A program made the position numbers and the translations under genes. A stretch of DNA of 64,000 bases from Takakia lepidozioides (taxonomy: Eukaryota; Plantae; Bryophyta): the NCBI GenBank assembly GCA_030704615.1, contig CM060734.1, positions 28,582,001 to 28,646,000 of the forward strand. Direction: 5' to 3'. The notes beneath the pieces were generated by a model that made no database searches, was not told where the DNA came from, and was given only the letters and a program-made list of their open reading frames with translations. Below are positions 12,526-23,775 of the stretch, in pieces. Positions within the stretch are counted from its first letter, which is position 1; each line of letters begins with the position of its first letter.

Positions 12526-13570
12526 AGCTGCACCGTGGTGGTTCTCACAAACCAACCGACATTACCTGACTACAGACACATGCAGAGCACACAAGAGCTC
12601 ATTTTGGGTTCATGGTCGGTCAAATCCTCTATGGGGCCTCAAACAAGGTCAAGGACAATGTGGTGAGGGCACATTTTTCTTCGACCTATTTCAACCTGTT
12701 TTGCCCTCTCATCAGACTCGGCCCTGAGATGCATATGAATTCTGTAAGTTAGCTCATCGGGTGGATGCCTACTCAGCTACACCGTGGTGGTTCTCACAGA
12801 CCAATCCGACATTACGTGACTACAGACACAAGCAGAGCACACAAGAGGTCCTTTTGGGTTGATGGTTGATCAAATCCTCCATGGGTCATGACACAAGGTC
12901 AAGGACAATGTGGTGAGAGCACCTTTTTCTTCGACCTATTTCAGCCTGTTTTGCCCTTTCATCAGACTCGGCCTTGAGATGTATATTGAATTCTGTAAGT
13001 TAGCTCGTTGGGTAGATCTGCAGTGGTGGTTTGCAATGACCTTGACAAGTAACTGCCTATGTAGCAGCAGGAAAGTATCCAATAACAGAGATGAGGAGAA
13101 GCTTTGGAATGAACACTTTTCCGACCCCAGTCAATGGTGGGACAACGGAGACAAAAAGGTGAATGCCTGTTGGACTACAGAGAGAAGCAAATGCAATTCA
13201 GAATTGGAACTACTGTAATAAGTAGGGTTGGGGTGTTTGCTGGAAGAACTTCATGCCGTTAGTGTCAGCTGCTAGCAGCAAGTATTCATGATTTGTACGC
13301 AGGTAGGGATAGCTGAAGGACCATGGATAGAGGTCCAGATTCATCCAAGAGGGCCGGATTTCAAACACAAGATTAGTTCTAGTTCCCTGTGGATCAATAG
13401 CTACAAGAAATCTGCGTGGGTAGATGGTCAACTGGAGCTTTGCAGCAGCACAATTGATAGAACAAGGCACTGCTAATGAATGCACCTTCTTCAACACATT
13501 TCAACCAGTTTTTCCCTGTTATCAGAGTCGTCCCTAAATTTTCTTGTTGAATTCTGCAAGTTAGCTCTGA
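12526..13570 (+). pseudogene. Tandem OSB-type PDF-motif modules (organellar ssDNA-binding motif), decayed
   Basis: EEKLWNEHFSDPSQWWDNGDKK | GT..AG intron | IHPRGPDFKHKISSSSLWINSYKKSAWVDGQL (13090-13440). Two upstream ~248-bp duplicates (12526-12770, 12773-13020) encode frameshifted NP.LPDYRH....W..G.SNP.W. Each module is followed by a similar intron-like sequence. Confidence 0.7.
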
Positions 13571-14399
13571 TGGGGCAAGTTCAAATGGTGGAGGTCCCAC
13601 TTCAGGTGTTACCCTCTACAATGTTTGGAGAAAGGTGGGTGAAGAGGGAGAGAGGCAAATATGTGTGGAGCTCCCTATGAGCATGAGTTGAAGCCCTGCT
13701 AGAATAGAACATCTTGGGTTGTGAAAACAGAATAGTGGTAATTTTCTCCTCTTTCTTTTTGTCATGTTCTATTTTGTAGCGTTGTATCCCTCAAATGTGT
13801 GTGTGTGGGATACATTGGAATTCACGTACTCATAAGGCATTCCTCTGTTGTTGTCCCAATGTCCAGGTACTCATCGCAGTTACACTGATTATGCCAGCAG
13901 ATTCCAAGTCTGGTTTCTGGTTCTTGAGGGCTTGTTCATATGGAGTGTTTCTTTTACATGTCAGTATCTGGTGATGTTGCATTTTAATAAGTATAACATT
14001 CATGTTGATTGCATTTGTTTCATGTTTTGGTGTGCAAGCAGGTTGTTGAAGACACTATCAACATAGGTGAAGAAACAACCTCGACCCAAAAATCACAAGT
14101 TAATGGATGCTATGCCACAAAAGTCCATGTAAAATTATAATCTTGGAGCTGGTGTGCACTGGACACCAGCTAGTCCATCTGGACGACATTATAGAGTAGT
14201 CAAATCACTTGAGAGGGTTGTCAGCCCCCTCTTGGAGAATCTTTACATGAGTTCTTCTGTTCTGAGCCCAGGTTCTCAAAACATTTGGCAGTTGAAGACT
14301 GGCCAATCAGTTCTCGGGACGTGTGCAGGAAATCTCACTTGTTTTTGTTGGTGAGGTTTAATTTGCCTGCTACCATGCTCAAGGTCATTTGACATCAAT

Positions 14400-15416
14400 A
14401 TATTTTGCACTGGTCATAACCCCCCAACTCGTCTACATATTCATTTGAGGTTGCCCCATTGTAAATGTGAGGAGGTTGTGGGCGCAGATTGTTCATCCAA
14501 ATGACATGCACATCTTGAAGTTTTATGTGGATTGTGACGGTTGGCTTGTAATGAAGTATAAGAAATCGGCAACCAACGCTGACTGGCTTCCGAAGCAAGT
14601 CAAAATGTGGAAGGTTGCTAAGGACGGGAGGTCTCCCCTGCTACCCCAGGGGGTCCCGGAAACCTGTTCCACTGCAGCCTATTCGGGGAATAAAGCCAGA
14701 CGCCAGGGAAAAAAATGCCAGTATTGTAAATGGCCTTTCGAAGTACCGCGAAATTCTGGAGACTTGGGATGGATCTCGACAAGAACTACGAAAATATCAT
14801 GAAGAACTACGATGAGTATTGGAAGGATGTTCTTCTTGAACTTGGTAAGCCATTGCCTGAGCCAAAGGACAAGCTGGAGGAGGGGTTTTGGCCTTCGACT
14901 CTGTGGAAAGCTAACCATGACAGAGATGGGATTAGGGTTGAATGTGAGAGTCAGGAGGAGTCAGAGGAGGAAGATCGCAACCAGTTGGATCCCTATTGTG
15001 GGCCAAAGAGTCAGAGACCTAAAGAGCCGATGAACCCATTCAAAGATATTGAAATTGGAAACTTCGTACTTGTTCGACCACCAGACACAAAGACATATCC
15101 AGTTTGGATGGGTGTGACAATCTCAGGTGTTGTTCGTGACCGTTCAGATGAGAGATATCGGCAAGTCCTTCTGGAGTGGTGGAGACCTAAAGGTGCCGCA
15201 GCGGAGGAGGTGGACAGGTATAGAAACTGTTGGGACAAAGCTTGGGAGTTCAATGAATCTGATCCACCAAAGTGGATACATACGAACTGTGTGGTGTGGA
15301 CAATGCGACCTCGGAAGAACACCTCCAAGTGGAGCTCTAGACGCATTGGAAAGGCCGAAGCAATTAAAGTGAAAGCAAATCTATATGCTGCGAACGATCA
15401 AAATGAGTCTGATTAA
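14400..15416 (+). pseudogene. Frameshifted C-terminal portion of a probable DNA-transposon protein, ending in an SH3/Tudor-like region
   Basis: Three overlapping ORFs (14467, 14615, 14730) join into one protein-like sequence: H.LKFYVD.DG..VMKYK...DWLP...GFWP...IGNFVLVRP....YPVWMG...V.LEWWRP. It is intronless and followed by palindromic subterminal-type repeats. The superfamily is not established. Confidence 0.5.
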
Positions 15417-15431
15417 GCACAGTGTAGAGAG

Positions 15432-16742
15432 GTGCACGGGAGATCTCCCGTGCTAATTTGACGACAATATGTGTTAATGTTGATCTTACTGGTGATTACC
15501 AGGATTTTGTGGGAGCTCATTTGACAATCAGAAGTTCACCTTGAATTCTCTGTGTCGACCATTTGAACCTTTCAATTTTTGAACATCTATATCTCTAGCG
15601 ATTTGAACCCTGACTGCCTGCATCTCAGTGAAAGTTTAGTTCTGGTTGATTGTATTTTACGCACATAGCAAGGGAGGTCTCCGTGCTACAGATACTTGAC
15701 TATTGCAGACTGATATGATTAATATTCTCATTCACTATAGCGCTCATTGAAGAAAAAGAAAGGAAGTATGACGCCTCCTGAAGGAAGCGTAACTTATGGA
15801 GTCACTTCACCCCCAAGGGCTACTGCCTTCCGCTAGGAAGGTGGACACCTTCATGACAACCAGACTGTGGTTTGAACCCACAACCACATCCAACATGGTA
15901 TGTGCCCAGTACCACTGGGCTACATGCTGGTTGTCGTGCTCATTGAATAATATAGTTATGAGTCCCAATTTGGTTCGTTATCTGATAAGGATATGTCGGG
16001 GTCCGAATATCGTATTTTCTTCCCTAGCGGACTGTCCTTTTATATATCTATTTCAACGGTGGCCCCTTCTTAATCTAACCTTGTAAATTGTATCCTCGTG
16101 ATGTTGTTATTGATGAGGTCTCTCGTGGTATGTCTCGTTGTTTTTTTAATATTACTTACTGGATTCTTTTTTGATCTCCGGACAAATAGCTTTTGTTCTG
16201 ATCTCCAAAATTTTGAATTTTTGAATGGCCAGTGGATGTGAATGGTTGTACATTTTACTTTGTTTCCGTCTGACGGTTCAACACATTTTGTATGTCGGAC
16301 GGGGCCGATTTCCGACGGTGTTTGATGGTTTTCTCCCTTACACATAGTGCTCGGGAGATGTCCCGTGCTACAGTGACTTGACTATTTCCGATCATGATTA
16401 TTATATTTTTCTTAGAGCTCATTGTAGAATACCCTTGCGGAATGTCTTTCACTACTCCGATATTAACGGTGGCGCCTTATGACGCCGACGTTCTAAATTG
16501 TATTTTCGCGATTGTGCTATTGATTTCTGTTGTAGTAGGGGAGGTCTCCCCTGCTATGTCTCGACGTCTGTTCGGCAGTTACTGGATTCTTATTTGGTAT
16601 TCAGAGGGTGACAAATAATTGTTGGCTTACCGGACAGTTTTAATTTCTGGATGACCAGTTCATGTGAATGTTTCTAGATCTTACTTTCTTTTAATTTGAC
16701 GGCTTGACACTTCTCGTATTGAGCACGGGAAATCTCCCCTGG
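15432..16742. repeat. Dispersed palindrome GCACGGGAGATCTCCCGTGC(TA) family
   Basis: Copies at ~15434, 15668, 16115, 16348, 16537 and 16722, plus a degenerate one at 24814 just beyond the 7.8-kb insertion. Confidence 0.65.
15752..15937 (-). mobile_element. tRNA-derived SINE, family A, full length
   Basis: Minus strand has A box TAGCCCAGTGG, B box GGGTTCAAACC and a T/C-rich tail. 10-bp TSD GCTCATTGAA at 15742-15751 and 15938-15947. Four more copies in the window. Confidence 0.85.
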
Positions 16743-17156
16743 TGGGGGGAGGTCTGAAAGCACCAGCAGCAAGCTGACATTGTACTTGAAATTGTATTTG
16801 ACATGGTATCTGATCTTGTATTTGACGGTTCAATGCATTTCGTTTGTTATTTCATGTCCTCAAGATGACAAAGATTTTTCTATCCCTTAAGTTTCAATAA
16901 TTCAAAAACATTATTCCAATGTTTCTACCAATAATTTTGAGTCACGACCCATTGTGGTTTTAAAGCTCTTACTTTGTTTCGTATATGATATTGACATGCA
17001 TTTGTTACGTTTTCACGCCCGGTTATCAGCGTCACGTCCGTCCGTCAACGTCAGGTCACGTAAGACCTGACTCTGACGGGACCTCCGTCACGTCAGGTTC
17101 GGGGAATATTCTGGTAAAAACAGTAGCAGGTAAAATACTGCCACTTAAGTAGTCAC

Positions 17157-18233
17157 GTCGCCGACACGGTGGCGGTGGCAAATACATTTTGAAAATTAAC
17201 AAAATGAACGCGCCCGCCAATTATGGCGGTCGCATTGTTTTTCAAAATTAAAAAAGAAATAGCGACCGCCGTATTGGCAGTCGCTTCAATTTTATTTTTT
17301 TTAAAAGCAAGATTGGCGGTCGCACTGGCGGTCGCTTTATTTTTCGAAATAGAAAAAGAAATAGTGACCGCCATATTGGCGGTCGCTTCAATTTTATTTT
17401 TTTTAAAGCAAGATTGGCGGTCGCACTGGCGGTCGCTTTATTTTTCGAATTAAAAAAACAAATAGCGACCGCTATCTTCGCGATCGCTTCAATTTATTTT
17501 TTTAAAAAAACAAGATTGGCGGTCGCATTGGCGGTCGCCTAATTTTAAAAAGAAAACAAGCGACTGCCATATTGGCGGTCGCACAATTTTGTAAATATGT
17601 ACAGAACATGCGACCGCCATATGGCGGTCGAATAATTTCAAAAATATAAAATCAAATAGCGACCGCCATTGGGCGGTCGCTTAATTTAAAATATATATAA
17701 AAAAACAAACGACCGCCATATGGCGGTCAGTAAATTTAAAATTATATAAAAAAAACAAGCGACATATGAAAATAAAAGTGACTGCCAACCGGTGGTCGCT
17801 TGTTTTAAAACAATACAATATTTGCGACCACCAAACCGGCGGTCGCGTCAATTTTAAAATATATATTAAGTTTAAGCGACCGCCAGCTTGGAGGTCGCTT
17901 AAACTTGAAAATATAAAGATTAAAAGCGACCGTCTTACTGGCGGTCGCATTTTTATTAAAAAAATTAAAAATAAAAGCGACCACCATATTGGCGGTCGCT
18001 TTATTTTAAATATATTAACAAATGAAGCGACCGCCATACCGGCAGTCGCATTATATTTGAAATAAAAAACAATAGTGACCGTCATACGGGCGGTCGCTTA
18101 AATTTAAAAATATACAAAATAGAAGTGACCGCAATATTACACAAAATGAAAAGAAATAAAAGCGACCGCAGTAGTGGCGGTCATTTGTTTTTCATAAAAA
18201 ATAAAAATAGCGACCGTAATATTAGCGGTCGCT
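17157..18233. repeat. Left subterminal array: ~22 GCGACCGCC-N4-6-GGCGGTCGC palindromes, ~50-bp period
   Basis: Directly visible; units are separated by ~25-30-bp A/T-tract spacers. Three units are head-to-tail (TGGCGGTCGCA(C/T)TGGCGGTCGC). Confidence 0.95.
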
Positions 18234-18672
18234 TAATTTCAAAATTACAACAAATATGGTTGTACAGCCTTTTCGGGTGGGCGCTATTGGTTTGTCATTT
18301 ATTCATTTCATTTTCATTTCACTTTCATCCTTCTTGGATCATATATAAGGGAGGATGGTCACCAAGCTCCTCAGTTCTTTTGGCGCAAACACTTGAGGTT
18401 GTTTTGGATGTTCTCTTCCATTGAACGAGAGTGTAGCCCAAGAAGAGGGTGCGCACCTTTTGCCATTGTGACTTCCACCAAAGCCACTTCAGCAGATTGT
18501 GTATAAGCTCAACACTACAACCCACATCGACCCACTTAGGTTGCTGACAGGTGTAGAAGTGTTGGGCTATCGCATTGCACTCTATATTCACAACACGTTC
18601 ATTTAATATGGTGACCCTAGCATACTAGCAAAAGAGGGCTGGAAGGATGTTCCGGAAGAGTTCCGGTGGCCG

Positions 18673-20816
18673 ATGACGAGATGCAAAAAATTCGTGAAAT
18701 GGTACCACATCAATCGATTGTGGCCTTTGGATAAGCATGACGTGCAAACCCGAAACAATTACGCAGAGTCCAGGTCTTGCATGAACTTGCATTTCCAGCA
18801 TAGGGCGAATGAGGTGCATTGCACATTGTGGGGTCAACCTCTCTTAAAGGGCCAAATCTCGTACACCTTGGCAGTCATGTTGTACATGGAGGTCATACTC
18901 TTGCGTCCAGTGAATTGCAAACTGCTAGTAGGAGGAACGCAAGGTTGCTATACGATTTGGAGTACATCCCGGACACGTTCGGAATACAACCGGCTGCAAC
19001 GTTAGAGGAACAACTGGCGGAAAGAGACCAGCGAATCAGGACCCTACATGACCGACTAGACTGGCAAACACTGCGCATAGCCGAGTTGAAAGCTAGATTG
19101 CAAGACATGCCTCCAAACAATGAAGGCACTGTTGTCCACAATGAGGATCGAACAAACGTCGTGGACATGGACGCGAAGTTTGCGATGCCCGATCGCAGTA
19201 TTGACCTCATCATTCACGAAATTACGGACGTCCTTGACTCTGTGGCCGATGAAACCATGGTTGAGGAACAGCGAATTGTGGATGAGAGAAGGAGGAAAAG
19301 AAAAAAACCAGTACTGAAAACCGAGGAATGTTCGAGGGTCGTCATTCAATCGGAGATGAACCCGATATTAGATGTCGACCGCGTTACAAAGGAGTGGGAC
19401 ATTGTCATGGCAACTGCATGGCGCTTGTCCAAAACGCTGGAGATTCGGGCATGGGTCCCATTGAATGGCAATTGGAAGAATTGGGTACAATGAGCGACCC
19501 ATTTGGCCTAGCACGGGTAGAGTGGGCACTGTCAGGCTTGCAACGTGTCGCACGCATGTCGAACCGTAGCGTGGATAACATTTATGCCAACATGCAAAGG
19601 TATAACGATCTCCGCATCGCATCAAGCGTGTTCGTCGGGTATACCAATTGGGCAGATGTGGATTCTATGTTCGATCGATGTGAGCACAGAATTTCGGGGT
19701 CGAACAGAAGCATAAACTGGAAATTGGAGATAGAGGAAGAGTGAGACACCACAACAAGGATGACCAGCCACATCAAACTGGTCCAGAGGGAGGAGATACC
19801 ATGAGGCGTTTTGCCGTCATACAGTTTGTTCGATGTATAGGAATCTATATGGCCTAGAGGGATGTCATGTGCTTGGATCATGTGGACATATGTTCCATCT
19901 CACATGTCTTATCCCGCAAGCCTTGCGGACGAGCGCTTGCCCAGAATGTCATACACCAATCCATCGTCGTTTCTATGAGCTGGTGGGCTTGGAGGATCGG
20001 ATGCCCATAGGCTTTGAATACAATCGACACAACCTCCCATTGGATGGGCTACCATATACATTTCTGAATTGTATGCATTGGGGCAAGAACTTGGTATGGG
20101 ATGCAGACAGAGAGATGCATGACATACATGCCGGAAATCCGACATACATCAAAGATCCCCAGTATTTCTGGGTCACACCTGACTGGGAGATAACCATACG
20201 TACGGGAGGCATTCGAGATTGGTGGGAGAGAGAGCAGTTTTGCCGCAATCTGGGAGGGCATTGGAGTCAAAGAAGGTCCAGGTTTATCCGGCTCTCACAG
20301 GTTCCATGGGTGCCGGAGGAGAACGAATTGTATGACCGACAACCGATTGGGAGACATTTGTTGTTGTCCGAACTTGAAGATGCTATAATATGTCAACGCC
20401 GAATGAATGAGGCGTACGAGGCGGCTTATCGTCGAAACGACACAATGATTAAGGACAGGGCCCGCGAGAGATAGTTGGAAAGTTTCAAAAATACCATCAA
20501 GGCAGTTGTAGAGAAATGGAGGCGACTATGGACAGACCGTTATCATCATGTTTTAGGGGCTCTATTGCCGGATGTGGACGGCCTCGTTGCCGATTTGCAT
20601 GCAGCCCGAGCACTTGTTCTCGATCCACCTCCGCCACGTCGTGAGAGTGAAGAAGAAAGTCAACTTTCGCCACGAAGTAGGCGGATGCAGGCCAGAATTG
20701 ATCACATGCCATTGGGCCCCTCGTTGACCACGAGATCACGGTCGCAAGCTCTGGCAATTGGCAGTGCAAATCAGGCCACAACATCAAATTCCTTGTCCTC
20801 GGACAGTGACGACTAG
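18673..20816 (+). pseudogene. Decayed element-borne gene: N-terminal domain, coiled coil, RING-H2 finger, low-complexity tail
   Basis: ORFs 18673, 18819, 19328, 19833 and 20475 chain through frameshifts and C>T-type stops (TGA 19742, TAG 20472). RING-H2 pattern C-S-M-(Y for C)...C-G-H-M-F-H-L-T-C...C-P-E-C at ~19827-19955. Basic NLS-like RRRKRKK. Confidence 0.7.
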
Positions 20817-21264
20817 GCTTTTAATGACCGACAGCGTAATACATATACAATATGCATTTTTGTTGTACCTTGAATATTGTTGAAAAACACATCGATGACA
20901 TTCCGTCAATTTTGTATATCACAAATTTTGTTAATACACAATGCACATGTGCGGCACCTGCCAATTTCAATTGCATGAGCAACGTTTTCTTCACATTTAC
21001 ACTCGTGTGATGGGGAAGAAGTAGTTCACCCTGTAAACAAATTTACAATGGTGTCATATTTGGTCATGACGTGTATGTGGGTATTTGCAATGAACTCCGA
21101 AAACTGGAGAACAAGGAAAATTGATGTTAACCAATAATTTATAACGAGTTACGAACGGTCGTCTTCCAAACAAATTTCGCTTGGTCCCTGCGTATTTCAT
21201 AATTATTTCGCAAAATCTACGATCTTTCTACAAACATACCCACAAAGTTCTTAAAGCACAAAAT

Positions 21265-22680
21265 AATTTCGATTGATCTCATATTACACTGGGACATATC
21301 AGAGGGTACATTGAACACACTGGCCAAGTTTCAAAGCGAACGAAAATCATTTGGATGGGCAACCATCCGTTGGCCCATTGAACAAATTTTGATTGATCTC
21401 ATATTACTCTGGGGCCTCTTACATGGCACATTGAACATAGTGGCCAAGTCTCAGAGCGAACCAAAATCATTTCAATGGCCAACCATCCGTTGAGCCATCA
21501 AATGAATTTCGATTGATCTGATATTAGTCCGGGACCTGTGAGAATGTGTCTCAAATGTACTGGCAAAGTTTGGAAGTAAACAAAAATGATTTGGATGGGC
21601 AACCATCCGTTCACCTGTTGAATGTATTCCGTTGGATCTGCTATTGCTTTGGGACCTGTTGGACTGTGTTTCGCATGCTCACGATTTTTTTTTCATTCTG
21701 TGTTTGAATGGGGCGTGTAATGTAGGCATATACAACGTGCGTGCCAAATTTGGGAGCGATCAAAATTCATTTGGACCCAAAACCGCAGTTTCTTCCCTGT
21801 TTTGCACTCCAAACTTGATTTGTGTTGTACTTCATGCACTCTTCATAGAGAGTTCTGCAATAGTGAGCGAAAAGAGAACATTTTTTTTTTGGGGCATTTT
21901 TTATTGGTCCAAATTTTGGCGGGGGAATAGCGGTGGGATGCTGGAAGCCGCAGAACAAAATTGAGCCAAAAACAAAATCGATACGTGCCCAAAACCCCCA
22001 GTGCAAACCTATTTATTGGCTTAAAATAAATTTAAATTCAATTAAATTGTGGAATGGCTTGAGGGGGCAGCGCGTCGATGGGGAGGCAAATGATTTATTC
22101 GTCTGTTGTGTCTCCGCACATGTGTCGCACATATGTTCAAGCACATGCGGGCAAAAGAGGGGCTTCAACCACATCCGTTCAATGGGTGCAATAGCCGTGC
22201 ACGCATTGCAGGATTTCTTTTTCGGATTGAACAAAAACCAGATGACAAGTGAACGCCTCATTGGACAATTGAACGAATTTCGATTGATCTTGTATTACAC
22301 TGGGACGTATCAGATGGTACATTGAACACACTGGCCAAGTTTCAAAGCGAACGAAAATCATTTGGATGGGCAACCATCCGTTGGCCCATTGAACGAATTT
22401 CGATTGATCTCATATTACTTTGGGGCCTCTTACATGGCACATTGAACATAGTGGCCAAGTCTCAAAGCGAACCAAAATCATTTCGATGGCCAACCATCCG
22501 TTAAGCCATCGAATGAATTTCGATTGATCTGATATTAGTCCGGGATCTGATACATGGTATGTTGAACACAGTGGCAAAGATTGAATGCAAACGAAAATCA
22601 TTTGGATGGGCAACCATTCAATCGCCCATTGAATGAATGGGGTTTCGTCTTCGATTATACTGGGACCTGTTACATGGTAT
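21265..22680. repeat. Two blocks of 120-bp tandem repeats (21265-21665 and 22255-22680, each ~3.5 units)
   Basis: TTCGATTGATCT...TGGCCAAGT.TCAAAGCGAAC.AAAATCATTT.GATGG.CAACCATCCGTT recurs every 120 bp. The two blocks are offset by 1011 bp. Confidence 0.9.
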
Positions 22681-22692
22681 GCCCTTTGAAGT

Positions 22693-22987
22693 TCTTTTTG
22701 TAGTGTCTCTTGCCTCGTAATGCGGCGCTTCTCCATGTCCACTTTATCCAATATGTTGATATTCTCCACCTGGAACATATTCACATACGTGTGCAGAAAT
22801 CCTTAAAGAAACAAATGACCATCTCCACTTTTATAAGCCTCATCCCCAACTTTCAGTTTTGATGGTCATTTGGTTTTTTAAGTCTTTATATACGCATGTG
22901 TGGATATGTTCCAGATGGAAGATATTAACATTGGAAAAATAAGAGTTGGAGAAGCACCTCATTACGAAGCAAGAGACATTACAGAAG
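22693..22987. repeat. Long imperfect inverted repeat (~130-bp arms, ~37-nt loop)
   Basis: 22693-22823 aligns with the reverse complement of 22861-22987, e.g. TGTCTCTTGC.TCGTAATG.GG.GCTTCTCCA, CCA.CTGGAACATAT.CACA and CAAATGACCATC. Confidence 0.85.
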
Positions 22988-23775
22988 ACCTCAGCATGTT
23001 GAACATCTGGATGAAGAACCTTGCCCATCGTCGCTTCAAAGTTCTAGCGCTTCTAAAATGATCACATGTTTGTTGGTGGAAGCAGATCTCGTAGGCCACA
23101 TTGATCTCGTACCCATCGAAGACTCCCGTAGGCCATATGGAATGGTTCATGTGATACATTTTTACAAATGCGATGTGATACATTTGTGAAATGATATCAC
23201 ATCAACCGTTTAATGTGGCCAATGCACCTCTTCCACACCATGGCGGAAATGTTCGCCACTTGAAAGCACAAACACAAATAATCCGTGCAAACAATCTCAA
23301 GAATCATATGTACTGCAAGGTGTTTCATATTGCCGATGTTTATGTAGCCGAATTCTTTAGGAATCGTTTTGCTACTCCCATGCCAACAACATCAGGTCCA
23401 CTGCGACTGCCATATTCTGAATTCCGTATCAGCCACCACGGACATGAAACCAGGAACTTCGCACAAAATCTCCAATTCATTCAATTTATGGTGGGCCCCC
23501 CCAAAAAAAATGGCATTATTCTTGAAAAGGCGCGACAGGCCAATGACGCCTCATCACGTGTTAGCGCGGCGCGACTGGCCAGTCGCCCCTCGCCACGCGC
23601 ACCCACATGGGAGAGGTCAAGGGTTCAAAACCACCTCCCCCCATCCCATTTGTTTCGTTTTTCCTAATCCGTAGCACCTCGCCACGTGGCTGACCAGACA
23701 CCGCTTCATAATTAAAAAATTAAAAACAACACGCCACACGGCGGGTCCCTGGATTTCTAAGAAAAAGAAAAACAC

